Shown in pieces: positions 28,752-32,000 of a DNA stretch of 32,000 bases (positions are counted from its first letter, which is position 1; the number at the start of each line of letters is the position of its first letter). The notes under the pieces are model-generated. The model searched no databases and had not been told where the DNA came from. It worked only from the letters and a program-made list of their open reading frames with translations. The stretch comes from Candidatus Helarchaeota ASGARD archaeon Hel_GB_B (GTDB lineage Archaea > Asgardarchaeota > Lokiarchaeia > Helarchaeales > HEL-GB-B). The DNA is taken from positions 16,895-48,894 of the forward strand of contig SUPR01000013.1 of NCBI GenBank assembly GCA_005191425.1, read 5' to 3'. The translations under genes and the position numbers were made by a program.

Positions 28752-28878
28752 TGACCTACACTTCAACTATTAATGAATATCTTTTTTTTAATATCTTTAC
28801 AATTTTGACCTAATAGTGAATTAAAAACTTTATCATTAAATAATTATTCTGAAAATTATAAAAAAAGAATTATCAAAT

Positions 28879-29535
28879 TTAAATTGGGAAAAATAAATTC
28901 GGGAAAAAAACTAATAATATAAATTTTACTCCAAAATAAATAAATGCAATACCGCAGCAAATTAATATTATCTTATATGTTCTATCATTTATATAATTTT
29001 TTCCAAAATGGACTGTCGTAGATATAAATGAATACCAACTAAAATCACTTGAAATATGTCCAATATAAAATATAACTCCACCTAATATTCCATAATAAAA
29101 CACATTTAATGAATTCATATATGCTACTCCTGCTGTTGCCCACCAAATTATCCAGAATGGGTTTGATATACTTAAATAAATTCCGGCTATTATTGTATTC
29201 TTGTGTTTTTTCTCTTTTTTATTATCTATAATGTCTGATAATGAAATTTTATTTAAATCTTTAAATAAAAGATATGAAAGCACAAATAAAACAATACTTC
29301 CACAAATTGAAATGGTAATAAATACAACTCTAATGTTTAAAATTAAAGCAAGTCCAAAAAAACTAGATATCACTACCAAGGCTTCGGGTATTGAATGCCC
29401 AAATATATATAATGGCCCAGTTTTCCAACCTACTTTTGGCGTATCTATTATCACACCCGTTAATAATGGGCCTGGTGTTATTGCTCCACTTAATCCATAT
29501 AAAAAACTTAAAAAAAATATTTGTAATAGAATCAT
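28879..29535 (-). CDS. LysE family translocator
   Basis: GAITPGPL, GHSIPE, LSISNPFWIIWW, GHISSD. Confidence 0.9.
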   Translation of the reverse strand: MILLQIFFLSFLYGLSGAITPGPLLTGVIIDTPKVGWKTGPLYIFGHSIPEALVVISSFFGLALILNIRVVFITISICGSIVLFVLSYLLFKDLNKISLSDIIDNKKEKKHKNTIIAGIYLSISNPFWIIWWATAGVAYMNSLNVFYYGILGGVIFYIGHISSDFSWYSFISTTVHFGKNYINDRTYKIILICCGIAFIYFGVKFILLVFFPNLFFPI

Positions 29536-29598
29536 ATCAATCGTCTAATAAAAATATATGGACTGATTATTTATAATAAAAAATAAAAGGATTAATAT

Positions 29599-30561
29599 CT
29601 ATTTATTGGTTTCTTTTCCTTCGTTTTTTTTGTTTTTCGTAATTTCATCTACCAGCGCCACTATTTCATTTTCCAGCATTTTGTTTCCTTTCCTTCGTTT
29701 TTTTTGTTTTTCGTAATGTCTTTTCATATAAGGAAATACTAGTATATAAAACACAAAAAATCCAATAATTACAACGCCAATAATAATTCCAAGTATTAAA
29801 TTAAAACTTTGCATATATTGACTTGACTCAAAAAGCTGCAAAAATCCTGCCGGATTATTTTGATATGTCAGAATTAATGTATCTATATCTCCACCAACGA
29901 CTATACCTAGCCATGCATAGAAAATTACCCTTGTAATAGTGCCAATCCCTGTAGATATAATATAACTTTTCATCTTCATTTGAGTGAACCCTGATGCCAG
30001 TGTGAATAGATCATACGGTACCATCGGGATCATTCGCATTCCCATCACTAAAACAAAACCATATTTTGTCACATAATATTCCAATGAATCGACTGTTTTC
30101 TGTCCAAGAGAGTTCACAGCAAGAGGCTTTCCTCCACGTTTTGCAATATAATATCCAATAATTGCGGATATCATTGAACCAATATATCCTATTATTGACC
30201 CACCAGCAAGCCCCCAGATCAATCCGCCTGCAAATAACACCATTTCACTTGGTATTGGAGCTATAATTGATTGTAACACCATTAACCCGAAAAATACAAA
30301 TGCTCCCCATATTCCAATTCCTCTTAATGGGACTATTACATATAAAAAAACTATTCTTGGCAGAAATGTGTCATCGATTAAAAACTGATAAGCATAAATT
30401 CCGATCATTAGAATTACTATGGCTATGAAAAATATCATAAAAGTCTTAGTCGTCTTGTCATATTTTGAGAAATCAAAAAGATTTTTTATCCATTTTTTAA
30501 ATCTTGTCCCAAAGCTCTCTTTTTCTTCAATTGTGTTAATTTTTTCTGTTTCTGTGGTCGT
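29599..30561 (-). CDS. TVP38/TMEM64 (DedA/VTT, SNARE-associated) membrane protein; start proposed at ACG 30561 (track start ATG 30438)
   Basis: APIPSE, FAGGLIWG, MRMIPMVPYD, SGFT; the frame is open 41 codons upstream to GGTGAT-TTT-ACG. Confidence 0.85.
   Translation of the reverse strand, partial: TTTETEKINTIEEKESFGTRFKKWIKNLFDFSKYDKTTKTFMIFFIAIVILMIGIYAYQFLIDDTFLPRIVFLYVIVPLRGIGIWGAFVFFGLMVLQSIIAPIPSEMVLFAGGLIWGLAGGSIIGYIGSMISAIIGYYIAKRGGKPLAVNSLGQKTVDSLEYYVTKYGFVLVMGMRMIPMVPYDLFTLASGFTQMKMKSYIISTGIGTITRVIFYAWLGIVVGGDIDTLILTYQNNPAGFLQLFESSQYMQSFNLILGIIIGVVIIGFFVFYILVFPYMKRHYEKQKKRRKGNKMLENEIVALVDEITKNKKNEGKETNK
29615..29717. repeat. Two identical 29-bp direct repeats (29615-29643, 29689-29717) separated by 45 bp
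   Basis: tttccttcgttttttttgtttttcgtaat occurs twice. Confidence 0.9.
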
Positions 30562-30826
30562 AAAATCACCTTATTCAAATTTTATTCCAATTTAATTAAA
30601 TTCAATTTTAATTTATTTTATTATAATAAAATGAGATTATTTCACTTTTTTTAATTTAAAAAATTATTCTTTAAAAAATTAGATATAATGAAATATTCGC
30701 AATAAATAAATTTTAAGTTGTTTTTCAATAAATAAAAAAAGCCATCTTAAAAATCAACCAATATTTTCTAATTTGAAATGATAATAAAGTTATAGTTAGA
30801 TTTTAAAAAGAAAATGGATAAAAAAA

Positions 30827-31393
30827 TCAGATCATTTCCTCTTTTATTAATTTTTTAAATCCAATGAATAATAATATTGCACTAATACTTGGAATAATTA
30901 TTAATAAAATGCCTCCAACTTTAATTATCAATTCTTCTGTTTGCTTACCTATTTTGTAGATAAAAATCCCTAAATAAATAATCCCAATGAGCATTAATAC
31001 CGCCAAAATAAGAAGACTAATAATATAAATTATTTGTAAATATAAGAAGATTAAATTTGGAATTAAAAATAATTTCATTACTGGCATGAATGAAAACAGC
31101 GCAAAAAAAATTGGATAAAATATCATAAACCTTTTTGCTCTATTATAAATTTTAACATTTATTGAGTACTTTTCGCAAAAATTTTTAAGTCCAACATAAA
31201 ATAAAATATACAATAAAATACCTATTATATTCCAAAATATGTTTGTTATTAAACTCATATAATCAAAAGTAGAAACTCCAAAGATATATTGAAATAAAAA
31301 TATTTCTTGAATTATAAATAAAATAATTCCTATTATTCCTATTAAAAGAAAAAAATTGGTAATCTTAATCAATACTTCATCATTATTTTCCAT
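30827..31393 (-). CDS. Hypothetical polytopic membrane protein
   Basis: About five hydrophobic segments; no recognisable motif. Confidence 0.7.
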   Translation of the reverse strand: MENNDEVLIKITNFFLLIGIIGIILFIIQEIFLFQYIFGVSTFDYMSLITNIFWNIIGILLYILFYVGLKNFCEKYSINVKIYNRAKRFMIFYPIFFALFSFMPVMKLFLIPNLIFLYLQIIYIISLLILAVLMLIGIIYLGIFIYKIGKQTEELIIKVGGILLIIIPSISAILLFIGFKKLIKEEMI

Positions 31394-31454
31394 TTTTATT
31401 TCCTCAATTTAATTTTCAATATACTTTTTTAGTAATTGTATTAAATTATAAATA

Positions 31455-31495
31455 TATTTGAATTATGATATTATTATTTGAATTATGATATTATT
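31455..31495. repeat. Intergenic 20-bp tandem duplication
   Basis: tatttgaattatgatattat repeated twice head to tail between divergent genes. Confidence 0.85.
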
Positions 31496-31542
31496 TTAAT
31501 TTATTATAGTTTCTATTTCTAAAATAACAATGGTGATATATT

Positions 31543-32000
31543 TTGGAAAAATTCAGAAGGAAATTTGCATTTATTGGAAAAATTGAATCGTTTACTCATA
31601 GTAATAACAAATTTAATTTTAAATCTACTAATGGCCTTGTTAGAATAACGATTTTATCTGAAAGAATTTTTAGATTGCAGGCAACAAATCGAGATGATTT
31701 TGTTTCTGATTATTCTTGGGTAGTTATAAAAAATAAATGGGACAATGTAGAAATATCTTTGAATGAAAATGAGGAATATTTTGAAATTTCAACCCAATAT
31801 TTAAAGTTAAAAATTGAACGAGATCCATTCCGCTTAACAGTATTCGATACTGATGATAGTATATGGAAGGATGCCGAATTTGGAAGTATAGGTTGGGATA
31901 AAGAAACTTTTATTTACATTAAAAAATTGCCTAATGACGAACATTTTTTTGGTTTCGGAGAGAAAACTGGCGCTCTAGATAAAAGAGGCTATTATTATAT
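31543..32000 (+). CDS. Glycoside hydrolase family 31 (alpha-glucosidase-like), N-terminal part (runs off the window edge; absent from the ORF track)
   Basis: Manual translation from TTG 31543 after GGTGAT: MEKFRRKFAFIGKIESF...ERIFRLQ...IERDPFRL...DEHFFGFGEKTGALDKRG, the GH31 N-terminal signature. Confidence 0.85.
   Translation, partial: MEKFRRKFAFIGKIESFTHSNNKFNFKSTNGLVRITILSERIFRLQATNRDDFVSDYSWVVIKNKWDNVEISLNENEEYFEISTQYLKLKIERDPFRLTVFDTDDSIWKDAEFGSIGWDKETFIYIKKLPNDEHFFGFGEKTGALDKRGYYY

Noticed and set aside
519-29576. Short track ORFs 519-719, 2232-2516, 8628-8882, 12411-12605, 14124-14324, 15119-15331, 15751-16125, 18423-18671, 20263-20538, 26932-27153, 27746-27949, 28006-28449, 29201-29548, 29391-29576
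   Set aside because: All lie antisense to or inside well-supported genes and show no motifs.
29615-29717. Mini CRISPR array interpretation of the repeat-spacer-repeat
   Set aside because: Only two copies, low-complexity repeat, located inside a CDS, and no cas genes in the window.
1-32000. Mobile elements, integrases, selenocysteine read-through
   Set aside because: No transposase or integrase motifs or terminal inverted repeats were seen, and TGA-ended genes already have full family length.

Overview
Strongly AT-rich archaeal chromosomal window with about 33 protein genes and two tRNAs. No mobile element or CRISPR array is visible. An Asgard (Loki/Hel-like) origin is inferred from gene content (tandem Roadblock protein, GPN GTPase, archaeal aRF1, EndA) and is not proven. 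Housekeeping content: aRF1 (partial), moaE, moaA, pyrC, nadC, thiI, a MoeB/ThiF enzyme, endA, envelope genes (GT4, epimerase), LysE, TVP38/DedA and a partial GH31. Main highlights: (1) a tRNA-Leu(CAA) gene at 8968-9120(-) with three introns (32/33, 37/38, 59/60), each with a readable bulge-helix-bulge-type motif, plus a splicing endonuclease carrying a crenarchaeal-type specificity loop; (2) a tightly packed minus-strand run of DHH phosphoesterase, ECF transporter (A, A', T), ribose-1,5-bisphosphate isomerase, form III RuBisCO and a CYTH enzyme, starting just behind that tRNA; (3) several accessory proteins: a Pro/Glu repeat array with two unit types, a tandem Roadblock protein, a possible SCP2 fold with a Zn insertion, and a QueG/RdhA-like protein; (4) a likely ACG start codon and a 29-bp direct repeat in the TVP38 gene. 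All protein assignments come from motif recognition by eye; no database search was run.
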